From positions 195,362,001 through 195,426,000 of the forward strand of contig OZ024743.1 of assembly GCA_964016885.1 (NCBI GenBank): a stretch of 64,000 bases of DNA, in the 5' to 3' direction. This DNA is from Eledone cirrhosa. Lineage: Eukaryota. Below, in pieces: positions 43,535 through 56,664 of this stretch (position 1 is the first letter of the stretch; every line of letters begins with the position of its first letter). A model generated the notes under the pieces. It searched no databases, was not told the origin of the DNA, and saw only the letters and a program-made list of their open reading frames with translations. The translations under genes were made by a program, and so were the position numbers.

Positions 43535-44349
43535 GCTTCTGATTTAAACATAAGGTAAGCAATGTTAAGGGAGAGGGAAAATCGTTTTATTTATCAACCG
43601 CGTATTTATGAAAGGCAAAGCTAACCATGGCAGTATTTGAACTCAAAACGTAAAGATCCCTAACTCTATTCCTCAATGCCCAACCTATACTTCCAATTCA
43701 CCAGCCTAGAAATAGCTAATAATTGTTTCTACTTTTGGCACAAGGCCAGCAATTATACCAGTACATTACTGGTACTTTATTTTTTCGACCCCGTAAGGAT
43801 GAAAGGCAAAGTTAACCTCGGCAGGATTTGAACTCAGAATGGCAAGGGCCATAACTCTATGTGTCAAAGCATGGCGTCCGACCCTCTACCGATGCTGCCA
43901 ATCCACCGCCCCAAATAGCTAATAATGGTTTCTAAAAAAGGCACAGGGACATCAATTTTTTTTTTTGGGGGGGGGGGAGTCAATTAAATTAACCATTGTG
44001 CATTACTGGTACTTTATTTTATCGACCCCGTAAGGATGAAAGGCAAATCTAATCTCGGCAGGATTTGAACTCAGAACGATAAGGGCCAAAACTCTATGTC
44101 ACAAAGCATGGTGTCCGACGCCCAACCGATACTGCCAATCCACCACACTAGAAATAGATTATATTTGTTTCTACTTTTGGCACAAGGCCAGCAATTATTC
44201 CAGTGTATTACTGGTACTTTATTTTATCGACCCCGTAAGGATGAAAGGTAAAGTTAACCTCGGCGGGATTTGAACTCAGAATGACAAGAGCCGTAAGTCT
44301 ATGCATCAAAGCATGGCGTCCGACCCTCTACCGATACTGCCAATCCACC
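43535..44349 (-). mobile_element. Four head-to-tail tRNA-derived SINEs (long/short/long/short)
   Basis: Units at ~43535-43706, 43723-43910, 43925-44148 and 44163-44349, joined by AAATAG(CT/ATT)A linkers. Confidence 0.85.
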
Positions 44350-44940
44350 TAGAAATAGATTATAATGGTAGATGATCATGGCGTGTTAATATGTCTACAT
44401 GAATAGCAGGGAATAACTGTTCTTTATCTTCGAGGAAGAGATAACACACGTATTTGTTTGTTGTGACAGTGTGGGAATGTTATTTATAGATTCCGTTTTT
44501 CGTATGACATTTTTCCTTCTTCAGATGATAAAAATCCTGGTGTGTAATTGGTGTTGTATATTTAATGGGGCCATATGGGGTGTGATTATTGTTTGTATCG
44601 ATACCAAATTGTAGAATGTGTTTACTGTTGCGGCTAAGAATGCCCATTAATATGTTGAGTTCTGAAAATATTGAATCTGTTTCAAAGAAGAACTTGTTTG
44701 TAATGATTTCTTTGCTTTCTTCGTTAAAGTTTAGGTGTGTTATGATGTATATTAGGACGTGGTCTAAAGAAATATAAGCTTCTTACTCGCAGTGGTTGTT
44801 GTAGGTAGATGGGAGAAACGGAATGATTCGGCCCGAGTAGCTTTGTTGTGGTTTATTTTGTGAGATGAATGTTTGCATTAATGTGGGTGTACATTTATAT
44901 ATATATATATAAATGTACACTCACATTAATGCAAACATTC

Positions 44941-45022
<82 letters not shown>

Positions 45023-45116
45023 GAAAGGAAAATAATACATTAGAAGATGCTAGAGGAATTTGTTTTCAGTATAATATTAAAAAATTTATTTACAAAGTGG
45101 GTATTTCCGCATTTAG

Positions 45117-45158
45117 TCGTGGTACCGGTTTCCGCATTATATGCTTCTTCAACAACGA
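45117..45158 (-). ncRNA. Minimal hammerhead ribozyme candidate with U3 core variant, next to (TA)n
   Basis: rc: TCGTTG TTGAAGA a GCAT ata ATGC g GAAA CCGG TA CCACGA. Confidence 0.6.
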
Positions 45159-45711
45159 AAGTGCAAAGGGCAGTTAAATTGCATATTTATACGAATAATA
45201 ATGAAATGGAGAAGAAAAATTATTAGTTTTTACATACATATTTAGAGTGGAAATTTCATGTTTATGTCGAAGGCTCTCCATCGTTCTCTGCTGTATGTAT
45301 GCATATATATATATCACCATCATCATTTTACGTCCGCTTTTCCCTGCTTGCATATATACAGCCACCACTTGTATATAACTATATGGTGTGTATTGCTTTT
45401 TTATCTATTTTTAACTATATCTCCAGTGTATTGTCCTCTGTTATACTTTTGCGAAAGGCATTTATGATACTTATGTAACATATGCAGTATTAAATGCATA
45501 ATGAGGTGTGCCTAATCCAATATTCTGGCGGATGACGTAGAAACAATGATCATAGTAAGAACAGTGGAATTGCAGACATGGTATGCATTGATATCTTCTA
45601 TATATTTGAGCGTCTATGCGTATATGAATGCGTGTATGTTTCTGAAAGCTTCCAAAAAGGATCGTTCCAGAGAAAAACGGATTTGAATTTCAAAAACTGT
45701 GCTTCTGAAAA

Positions 45712-45865
45712 TAATTGTTTCTACTTTTGGCACAAGGCCAGCAATTACCCAGTGCATTACTGGTACTTTATTTTATCGACCCCGTAAGGATGAAAGGCAA
45801 AGTTAACCTCGGCGGGATTTTAACTCAGAAAGGCAAGGGCCGCAACTCTATGCGTCGAAGCATGG
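45712..45865 (-). mobile_element. tRNA-derived SINE, 5'-truncated
   Basis: rc of the family consensus. Confidence 0.85.
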
Positions 45866-47177
45866 TAATGCTATCAATCACTGTTATTGTGACAATTCCA
45901 GTAGTCTGACTTTTATTAATCATCTCATGCATTCTTTCGACGTGAATTTATTATCCCTCCCCCATCCAAACCATCAGAAGGGGCGTTATTTTCGCTCTGA
46001 AGCAGAGAGTTGTCCTCACAGATGTCACCCGATTTTTATGTGAATATGTTCACTCTAAGGTCCACAACAAGCCACCGATACCTCTTCAACATACAGCTAC
46101 TACTGAGTAAATTTCTATTCAATAGAAACCAACTTGGTGAGAATTGACGATTCGCGGTAACGGGCGAGGAGAAATTAGAAACGAGAGATGACGCACGGGA
46201 GGGACATAGTCTGAAATGGAATTAAAACAATTGAAAGGCATTCTAAGGTAAAGATCACCCGGCAAGACGGGCTACTCTGCTGTAAGTAAATACTATAAGT
46301 CTGATGGCATCATTTAATAAACTTCAATCGTATGTGAGGTATAGGCAAATTTGGTGATGATATATCAAAGAATTCCTCAAAAGATGAACATGACCTGAAA
46401 ACACATAGTGGAAGAGGGTTTTCCTATTGAAATGTTAAACGCGTTTTCTAAATTGCTGCTACGTAAATACTGTCCTTGATTGTAAATACTTTTACTTCCA
46501 GAAAAATGTAATTAGAGCCCTTAGTGTTGCCTTGTATATCTAAATGAGCTGCGCCAGGTTTACAAAGTTTAATTTTAAATGTGAAGTGGTATGGTTGGTT
46601 AAACTTATTTTGTTCGGCTTTGTGACTTTAAAGGCATGCTTCATACTGGCTGTTGACGTTTTTTTTCCGCGTACGTCTTTATAACGAACTTAAACCATTC
46701 AATTACTTCAACACATACTTACTTACCGATCTTTGAGACGGTAGGGTATTATCAGAAAAAATATTGGCAGCAATTATATTAGTTCGAGGAACTCATAGAG
46801 TCTTTCTCGTTAGCTCATATAATGTGTAAAATGCATTTAATATAGCTTGTTTTCGTACAATGTTTGTGTTAGGCTTGCAATTATTTATAAGGTATTGTAG
46901 TCTGATTTAGATATAATATTACTTAAAGATTAGAATTGCCTCTGCATTTTAAAATTATTTTGTTATATTAGAAATTACATGTTCAAGGCTGTAGAGATCT
47001 CTTCTGGGAGATAAAATGTTAAGTATTCTTTCTGATAGCTTCGAAAATATCTGAAGTGTACTATACAGTTTAAAAACCTTTTTTGTTTTCGCTTTCAAGG
47101 AGCTTCACTTTAGTTCGTTGACGAATGTTCCACAACCAGCACTAACATCTTTACAAATGTCACCATATTCGTTTTTT

Positions 47178-47684
47178 ATAATCATCATCATTATCACCAT
47201 GAGCATCATCATCATAATCATTCTTATTATAATCAAAATCATAATCAATAACATCAGCATAATCATCATTTTTATTATCATCTGCACCGCTATCATCGTC
47301 ATCATCGTCACCATCATCACCATATAATCATCGTCATCATCGTTACCATCGACCTCGCCATTATTCCCTCCACCATCAACACCATCATCACCGTCATAAT
47401 CATCATCATCATCATCAAACGATACTTCCAATTCATCATCATCATATTCAACAATATAGACATTATTATCGTCATCATCATCATATTCACCATCACCATC
47501 ATTACCATCATAATCTTCATCGTCATCGTCATCATCCCCACCACCATCAACTCCACCACAATCATCATCAACCTCATCATAGCCTTCATCATCATCATAA
47601 TCATCATCATCATAATCATCATCATCATCCTCAACAATATCATCATTATTATCATCATCATCATCGTCATCATCGTCATCATCG

Positions 47685-47728
<44 letters not shown>
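47178..47728. repeat. Degenerate (ATC)n microsatellite
   Basis: Direct reading; source of the poly-Met/Asp pseudo-ORFs. Confidence 0.95.
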
Positions 47729-47898
47729 GTTTTAAGATGAATTATAAACAATATAGGGTACCTAAGTTTTCAACAAGGTACACTATGGTTGGTGTATCAG
47801 TTCTGTACTGACAGAATGAAGCAAAACTTAATATAAATAAGATTAAATGTTCTTTATGAATCTCAGATATACGCTGCAACATTCCATCTTTTGGCTGG

Positions 47899-47959
<61 letters not shown>

Positions 47960-47986
47960 GCACTGCTGCTGCTATTGTATATGAGC

Positions 47987-48075
<89 letters not shown>

Positions 48076-48234
48076 CATATATATATATACATATATATAT
48101 ATATATTAGAAAGTGTATTTCTTTTTAAATAAAAAAAAAACGAGATGTCCTACATGAGTGAAAGTATAAGGAAAAAAGATGAAATCGAAAATGCAACTGG
48201 AGTCTTTTTTTTTGTAAATGTATTTATTTGGTTC

Positions 48235-48270
48235 CTTTACCGGTTTCGCAGTTCTTCTGCTTTTCAAAAG
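48235..48270 (-). ncRNA. Minimal hammerhead ribozyme with U3:A8 core
   Basis: rc: CTT TTGAAAA GCAG aagaa CTGC GAAA CCGG TA AAG, inside a ~170-bp segment between (TA)n tracts. Confidence 0.62.
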
Positions 48271-48400
48271 TAGATATATTTATACTAGAGTATATATATA
48301 TATATATATATATATATGAATGGACCTTTTTTTAATCGAAAAAACATGTTTTCAAATGCCATCCTGCCAGTCCCCCCAATCTATCTTATTTCTCATTCTT

Positions 48401-48437
48401 TCGTCTGATGAATGACTAGTGTCTGAAACGTTAAGAC
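48401..48437 (+). ncRNA. Hammerhead-like motif, stem I poor
   Basis: CTGATGA a(t)GAC tagt GTC t GAAA CG TT, in a short segment between (TA)n tracts. Confidence 0.4.
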
Positions 48438-48833
48438 CTTCTTCCTGTTATATCAAGCGTTAACATAATATATCCCTTCCATATACTTTACCGATTCTGA
48501 TGTTATTTCTGTTTACCTTTTACATATATATATATATTGAAACGTAATCCTGGTATATGCATTTTTTCTTCTAACTTTAATTTTATACCTAATTGTGTAT
48601 GGTTGACGGTATATTTAATCGATTTCCACGTGCTATTGAAATGTTGGGTAAATATTCTATAGCGGTTGATCGCGAATAGATGGCTGTCGTTTATTCATCT
48701 ACTATTTCTTCATAGGTGTGTTTTAATCCTATAGCCTGGTTTAATTGTTTTTTTTGTGTGGTTGATTATGCTAATTGGGAGAGGGAAAGGTTTATATATA
48801 TTATCATTTTTTATATATTATCATTCTTTATAG

Positions 48834-48883
<50 letters not shown>

Positions 48884-49110
48884 CGTTATGTCCTTGAGCA
48901 AGACACCTTATTTTATATAGCTCCAGTTCAATCACATGGAAATAATTTGTGATGTCTCTCGTGCAAAGCTATATCGTTACCTTGCACCTGAACAACATCA
49001 GTACTATGGAGCGAGAAGCTTGTTATAATTGATCGACATTACAATACAACGGGAGGAAACATAGTTGTACCACTGATGATATCACAGATGTGTAACGGAA
49101 GAACTTTGAT

Positions 49111-49193
<83 letters not shown>

Positions 49194-49365
49194 TTTTTAA
49201 TCTGTATTTTTAACCGTTGGTCAGTCAAAGATAAACATTGATTGCTAGATAAATTAACTATGGGATATAAAAGATACAGAAGCGAAAACCAACCCAAACC
49301 AAAATGTGAGTGGGTTTTCTTATTATTTCTGCCAATATTATAACAATATGAACCTCCCCAAATAT

Positions 49366-49435
<70 letters not shown>

Positions 49436-49488
49436 GGAAAAAATGAAACGAAATTTCATTTCCCACTCTTAGTACGGCTGTTACTTAA

Positions 49489-49914
49489 ATATAAGTATGT
49501 ACACGTACATACATATATGTATACAGACGTACAGTAGTATGTATATATATATATATATATATACATACATGCACACATATATATATGAACGTATCGATTC
49601 ACCGAACATTTATTGTAATGCTCGATGTGTTTGTAAACAAACATCCCGTATTAAGCCGTAGTGTCTAACAACCATCGTTGCTCGTTTGTTCAACACTGAC
49701 AAAGGAACGCTGTACTAGTGTTGAACAAACAGCAACGATGGTTGCTAGACACTACGGCTTAATACGGGATGTTTGTTTACAAACACACCGAGCATTATAA
49801 TAAATGTTAGGTGAATCCATACGTACATATATATATGTGTGCATGTATGTATATATATATACATACTACAGTACGTCTGTATACATATATGTATGTACGT
49901 GTACTTACTTATAT
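49489..49914. repeat. Fold-back palindrome, ~200-bp arms, 19-bp spacer; the core resembles the 34195-34507 pLTR family
   Basis: Arms 49489-49697 and 49717-49914. Shares GTTTGTTCAACACTG..AAGGAAC with ~34235. Confidence 0.85.
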
Positions 49915-49924
49915 ATATATATGC

Positions 49925-50354
49925 AGGTATGGAATAGAATAAAGAATGCAAATGCAAAAGATATTGTTGACAATTAGTCTTTTACCTTAGATTTATTTAA
50001 ATGTCCTTAATTTTCGAGATAATATATCTTCTTCGGAGGGAAGTAAAGCGGTTAAACCAGTGTTCTAAATAGCTTGCCAAGTCATGCTGACAGGAAATGG
50101 TATAGAGTATTTGTTCTATCTCTAATGTCAAAGAGTTAAGGTTAGGTGGATAAAGAGTAGTCTCCCTTTAAAAGTTTTTTTTGTACATGCCTGATTAAGT
50201 GCGTGAGAGAATGTGTGAGGTGTAAGTATGTGTGTGTGTGAGTGTGAGAAGATATGTCTATACGTAAATGTGGGGGATAGATGTTATCTCGTGTTAGAAC
50301 TGGTCTTTGTGTGTGTATGTATGTGTGTGAGAGAGAATAAGTGGAGGTGTAAGC

Positions 50355-50404
<50 letters not shown>

Positions 50405-51224
50405 ATGTGGGGGAGGGGGTGTAAATATGGGGCTAGATGCTATATCAAGTTATAAATTGGGTATTGAGTTCAAGTCTATTATTGATTAGTGGTCGTGTCT
50501 TGACTATAATTATTGCTTCCTTCATTCTAAGATTGCCGAGGTTTCTTTCCTTAGTTTCTATCCTAACTGTTATGGTTTTGTCGGTGTTTTTGCATTTAAC
50601 TAGGTGTTTCTTAAATGAGAAAGCGTTAGTATTGAGGTGTTTTTTATTCTTATGTGGAGTGGTCTGGTGGTGCTACCTACGTAGAAGTTGTTGCATTTGT
50701 CGCACTCTAGTCTGTATACGACGTAAGCCTGGTGGCATAGGTCTGTGTCGTTGATGGGGCAGTTGGCTAGCCTGCAGCGGTTGTCATGTCTGGTGGAGTG
50801 TCTTTTGGTTAGCTGTCCGCGTAGAGGACCTGAGTGGGCCAGATAGCTCTGCGGATGGCTGTTGTTGTTTCGTCACTGAAGAGTGGGAGCTTCAGGAAGC
50901 AAGTGTTAGTGCCTCGGGTGTGGTGTCCTCTGTTCTTTCTGGCACGGTTGTTGGTGGATGTCGTGTATCCGTTCAGTTTGAGTACTTCCAGGAAATGTGT
51001 GGTGTGTGTGTCTCGGTTTCTAGCGTCGGTGCATTTGTTCCGGATACGTGTTAGTTCGTTCCTTATGTATCCGGATAGAAACTAAGGAAAGAAACCTCGG
51101 CAATCTTAGAATTAAGGAAGCACTAATTATAGACAAAACACGACCACCAATCAATAATAGGCTAGAACTCAACACCCAATTTATAACTTGATATAGCATC
51201 TAGCCCCATATTTACACCCCCCTC
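49925..51224 (-). mobile_element. 5'-truncated PLE (GIY-YIG with Cys linker, Neptune/Nematis-like) with a 5' inverted segment (51075-51224 = rc of ~50412-50561)
   Basis: Minus frame: CRLANCPINDTDLCHQAYVVYRLECDKCNNFYVGSTTRPLHIR...LRMKEAIII...PLIN. HHR-like motif at 50005-50039 near the (TA)n 3' end. Confidence 0.8.
50005..50039 (-). ncRNA. Minimal hammerhead candidate (U4C core change)
   Basis: rc: CCT CCGAAGA AGAT atatt ATCT c GAAA AT TA AGG. Confidence 0.5.
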
Positions 51225-51316
51225 TCTGTCGAGGCTGCATTGTGTGAGATCTGCCTATGGGTAACAAGACGGCTTGTTACCCATAGGCAGATCTCACACA
51301 ATGCAGCCTCGACAGA
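51225..51316. repeat. Perfect 44-bp-arm hairpin with ACGG loop
   Basis: TCTGTCGAGGCTGCATTGTGTGAGATCTGCCTATGGGTAACAAG-acgg-reverse complement. Confidence 0.95.
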
Positions 51317-51434
51317 TGAATACTGTTTGATTATGGCTGACAACTGATGCAACAAAGACACCATAGTGAAAAACCAATATATGGAACATTATATTATGTA
51401 ACATTCTCTCATTATTTTAATTTATATAAGCAGC

Positions 51435-51622
51435 CATTGGATTGGCAGTATCAGTAGAGGGTCGGACGTCATGATTTCCAGCATAGTTACGTCCCTTTAC
51501 AATCTAGATTCAAATCCCGCCGAGGTTGACTTTGCCTTTCATCCTTACGGGGTCGATAAAATAAAGTACCAGTAATGCACTGGGTAATAGCTGGCCTTGT
51601 GCCTAAAGTAGAAACAATTATT
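51435..51622 (+). mobile_element. tRNA-derived SINE (short variant)
   Basis: Family consensus. Confidence 0.85.
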
Positions 51623-52073
51623 TTAATTTATATTCCTTGAAGTTCCGATGTGCCGCTCTATCTTTTAAATATGTTAATTATTTTCAACTGAACCAGGTCA
51701 ATTATGATATATAGTCATCTGATCCAGAAATATTATATATGGAGTAGCGAAACAATCGTAAACGGACATTATTATTATTAATATTATTATTATTATAATT
51801 ATTCTCTACTTTCCTTACATCAAACTAACATATGTTGACAATATTTTAATAATGTCTTCCTTGTGAAATTTGTGGTCTTGTTTTGCTTAACTAACGTATA
51901 TTTCCAGCTCTGTGCACCTAACTTCTGCATGAACCCAGCCACCTAGATGCTTTCTACTTCATATTGCACATTGAGCACATGCCTTTACGCTTTGGCATCT
52001 AATTCACCAATCTCTCCTCTCCTATCTTCTCTCCTATCTCCATCTCTCTCTTTAAGATTGGTTACTCTTCAAC

Positions 52074-52227
<154 letters not shown>

Positions 52228-52345
52228 GTGAGTTTTATTGTAGAAACAATAAAACAATGCAAATATCGGATAAATAGCACTCCACAGTTTATAGGACTAG
52301 AGTATAAATAATATAAGATCAAAAGATGGTTAAAAGAGTTCCAAG

Positions 52346-52416
52346 TATTTTATTATGCGTATTTCAAAAACAAGTATCATCATGGGATGATATTTGCGTT
52401 CTCATCAGATAAAATA
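52346..52416 (-). ncRNA. Type I hammerhead ribozyme in inverted pLTR
   Basis: rc: TATTTTAT CTGATGA gaac..TATCATC ccat GATGATA..gttttt GAAA TACGCA TA ATAAAATA. Confidence 0.75.
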
Positions 52417-54356
52417 GGGAAACATGATATGCAGCTTAAAAAACACTTGTGAGCAGTGAAGTTTTAAATCAAAATTTGAAAAATAAAGTAAGATGGATTT
52501 ATGAGATTGGGAACAAAAGGAGGGGGGTTAGGAGATGGTAAGGCAGAGGAAGAAAGAAAATAAAGGATGAAGTGGGAGGAGTATAGGAAGGAAGGATGAG
52601 AGAGGAGGAGAAATGAGTGATAGAGAGAGAGAAAACATTGTTTAACAGAGAGATATTAAAAAACCGTTGGAAGATAATAGATAATTTTAAAAGATTTTGA
52701 AATTAAACGTTATTGAGGTTTATGGATGTTGATGTTTATGATTAAAGAAAAGGAATTAAGAATAGTATTAATGGTTTAATAATATGTGCGAAAAAAAGAA
52801 TTCTAGGATAGATTCAGTAAATTTAAATACGACGTCAAACCTTCGTTGAATGTTACTAATACCAATCTAAATCAGGAAACTATAGTACCTATCATAAATA
52901 ACTTCTCCGATCCAATTCGTTCCCTAAATAATACTAGGCCACTTGTTAATAACTCTGTTAATTTCTCTAATCATAATTGTAATTGCCCTGTTAGATCTAA
53001 ATGTCCTCTTAATAACCAATGTCTTGACTTAGTGTATGAATGTAAGGTTATAACTGGTACTAATTATTTTACCTATTTCGGTTCCACTTCCACTTCCTTT
53101 AAAGCAAGATTTTATAATCACAAATCGACTTTTAAATCCCAACTCAAAAGAACTAACACGGCACTCTCGGAACTCATATGGTCCTTAAAAGACAAAAATA
53201 TTAACTATAACATCTCTTGGAGGAAGGTTTGAAACGCCTTTCCCTACCGGAATTCTTCCCTATCCAGAACATGTAATCTCTGCCTAGCTGAGAAATTTAC
53301 CATTATATCTAATTTTAATTCCATAATAAATAGACGTACGGATTTATTCTCGGTCTGCTTGCATAAATCCATTAGAACTTTCCATAGAGTATACAGCTAA
53401 TATCTCAATACATATTTAGTCTAAAATCTTCTTTTTCTCAAAGGCTTTTATATCTATTACACATATACCCATCTTTCTACCTTATTTCAGTATATTATAT
53501 TATACAATTTATTCATTCTATATCATTAGAGGTCCCCTATCTCTCTTCTTTTAACCTTTTCTTTTCTTCCCTTTTTTCTTTTGAATTTATAATCTTTAAT
53601 CTGTAACTTTTACTTCGCATTTACTTCTCAATTCATATTATTACTCACTACAGCATTTTCCATTTTTCCATTTTTCCATTTGGCTATAGAAACTATATTT
53701 TTTAAGACATAATAATATTACCATTAGAAATGTTTGTAAACATATATAACTTTTGACGTTAGATATGTTTTCTTCCTTAAATTTTCTTTTTTCTTCTCGT
53801 TTTAAACCTATTATTTACTTTTACATATTACAATATATAAAAACAAACTTAAACCCTAACTAATTCCTCTAAGTTCATAATTCATTTATTCTTCTCCTTC
53901 TTTCACATTCTTCTCCTTCTTTCACATATCCTTAATATCATTAATATTTTTATTCTAATAATACATATTAATAAATAATTTTTTTCGCACATGTTATTAA
54001 ACCCTTCAATATATAAACCTTTAATACTATTCTTATTTCCTTTTCTTTAATCATGAACATCAACATCCATATACCTCATTAACTTTTAATTTCAGAATCT
54101 TTTTAGTTTATCTTTATCTTCCAACGGTTTTTTAATTTCTCTCTGTGAAACAATGTTTTCTCTCTCTCTATCACTCATTTCTCCTCCTCTCTCATCCTTC
54201 CTATACTCCTCCCACTTCATCCTTTATTTTCTTTCTCCCTCTTCCTTACCATCCTTTTTTCCCCAATCTCATAAATCCATCTTACTTTATTTTTCATATG
54301 TTGATTTAAAACTTTACTGCTCACAAGTGTTTTTTAAGCTTCATATCATGTTTCCC

Positions 54357-54427
54357 TATTTTATCTGATGAGAACGCAAATATCATCCCATGATGATACT
54401 TGTTTTTGAAATGCGCATAATAAAATA
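54357..54427 (+). ncRNA. Type I hammerhead ribozyme in 3' pLTR, apparently intact
   Basis: TATTTTAT CTGATGA ...stem II... GAAA TGCGCA TA ATAAAATA; palindromic stem III. Confidence 0.82.
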
Positions 54428-54458
54428 CTTGGAACTCTTTTAACCATCTTTTAATCTC

Positions 54459-54539
<81 letters not shown>

Positions 54540-54754
54540 TTAAAACAATGAAATAAAAAATGAAATCATTAGAAATCTACTTCACTGCTTTATGACTTGA
54601 TTTTTTTATTTCATTGTTTTAACTTATATCATGACTCTGTTTTCCTTTTAATGTTTTATTGTTTTCCGGGATTTATTTTAACCTACAACATTTTCAACAT
54701 ATGGATTGCATTGAGTTCTTCATGCAGACTGGACCCCACAACTTACCGTGGATA

Positions 54755-54815
<61 letters not shown>

Positions 54816-54821
<6 letters not shown>

Positions 54822-55269
54822 AAAGGCTTCTACAGGACTAGAACTCTTTCATTCGGGAAAAATCATCAGGGAGCCGAATCTCCAGGTAACATATAGGTAT
54901 AAGAGTGAAAGAGTGAGTGTTTGTGCGAGTGAGTCGGAGTGAGGGTTTTATATGTGTGCGATTGTTAATGTGTTTGTAGACACTTCACCATAGGCATTGT
55001 TAGCTTAAGTGAACCTTAAAAATCAGGGGTGGCATCATGAGAATGAACCTGTCTATATAATTATTTCTGCATTTGTTACTCTAAATATAGTTTATAAAGA
55101 ATTCCCTTTTCTTTAAACCCATCAACCAATGAACTCCACCCATCCAATCACCACCCTCTCCTACCACCAGAAAACATATAAATACCTCCATATTACTAGG
55201 ACAGTCGGCTTCCTGATGGTTTCTCCCGAATGAAAGAGTTCTAGTCCTGTAGAAGCCTTTTTCTGTATA
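54816..55269. mobile_element. Head-to-head inverted pLTR pair with outward-facing HHRs (54825-54875 minus; 55207-55257 plus)
   Basis: GGCT(T/C)C CTGATG(A/G) t TT(C/T) tccc GAA t GAAA gAG ttctagtc CTg TA GAAGCC in both arms; ~280-bp spacer. Confidence 0.7.
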
Positions 55270-55389
55270 AAATATTTATACTCTGCTTTGTATATAAATA
55301 TATAGTTCGGAATACAAAAAACAGATGACACAGTATATATATATCTATATATATATATATATAGACTTATGTATATATCTATCAATCAT

Positions 55390-55625
55390 GTGTGGGTAAA
55401 ATTCCTGAGATTCATGAACAAGTTCTCTCCAGTGGTCTCTGTTCTTTATTATCGCCGCTATGTCCAGCGACTCCCAGAGACATGTGTCTGTTCTTAGGGA
55501 TTCATCAGTCCCAATCTTCCAGTACGTCCGAGCAGAGTCACCAACAGGAACTCCGTGTGCAGTGTCATCTCTGAATGTCAGTGAGTATATCCAGCTAACC
55601 TCAGTCACAACTCTGTCACTTTCGA
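55390..55625 (-). mobile_element. RTE/RTEX-like LINE 3'-end fragment (second fragment at 58085-58170)
   Basis: Minus-strand C-terminus DIAAIIKNRDHWRELVHESQEF / [22 protein letters not shown]. Confidence 0.5.
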
Positions 55626-55688
55626 GCTGACTTTATATATGTATATCGAGCTGACTTTATACATATATGTGTTCAAATCGTATTTTCT

Positions 55689-55736
<48 letters not shown>

Positions 55737-55742
55737 ATAGAT

Positions 55743-55774
<32 letters not shown>

Positions 55775-56161
55775 TTAAATTGTAAAATTATTTTTTTCAG
55801 ATGTATGCGTTCACTGTGAGATAACTGAGATGAATATTTATATAATGAATACAAACAACTGGAGATGAAGAAGGCTAGAAAATGTTATATTTTATAAGTT
55901 AAACAATTTGTATATATGTTCTACTGAATGTCGTTAATATAAAAATTGATTAATGATATGATGTCACAAACTTTCATAATATATGCAAAAGGAAGATGAC
56001 TACCGTCATACATAAAATACAATGACAATCAAATCAAATAAGTATATACATACAAACAAATACATACACACACACACATATATATATATGTATATATATA
56101 TATATTTCGTTTCTGAATTTGTTTAGCAAGATACTTTATCTGAAAATGTGTGTTGAAACTG

Positions 56162-56591
56162 ATATTGTTATACTTTGGGAGGGTTATGTTGCCAATAAGA
56201 AACATACGCACCAGTTGCTTTCACTTCAATTTATTATAATCAATTTATAAATTTAGGAATTCATAAATTTCCGGTTGGTTGGTTGGTTCCACAACCAGAT
56301 GGTTGTTTATATATTGTCAAAGTTCTTTCGTCACACATTATGTGACATCTTCAGTGACTGAAGGAGAGGCACAAAAACAAAGAAAAGAATCCCCAGTCAC
56401 TGAAGGGGTCACAGAATGTGTGACGAAAGAACTTTGACAATATATAAACAACCATCTGGTTGCGGAACCAACCAACCAACCGGAAATTTATAAATTCCTA
56501 AATTTATAAATTTATTATAATAAATTGAAGTGAAAGCAACTTGTGCGTGTGTTTCTCATTGCCAACATGACCCCCATAAAGTATAACAATA
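56162..56591. mobile_element. Head-to-head inverted pLTR pair (~200-bp arms, 33-bp spacer) with outward-facing HHRs (56316-56358 minus; 56396-56438 plus)
   Basis: GTCA CTGAAG(A/G) n GTCACA naatg TGTGAC GAAA GAAC TT TGAC in both arms. Confidence 0.8.
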
Positions 56592-56598
56592 TATATAT

Positions 56599-56664
<66 letters not shown>

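Noticed and set aside
42870-44870. Highly decayed minus-strand PLE surrounding the SINE tandem
   Set aside because: Only faint RT-like traces remain; too degenerate to call by eye.
53230-53232. In-frame TGA in a Naiad GIY-YIG ORF as selenocysteine (some Naiads are reported to encode selenoproteins)
   Set aside because: The frame continues for 55 codons, but the position aligns with Ser/Arg in the other copies rather than a conserved Cys, and I saw no SECIS. A point mutation is more likely; a SECISearch run on the consensus would settle it.
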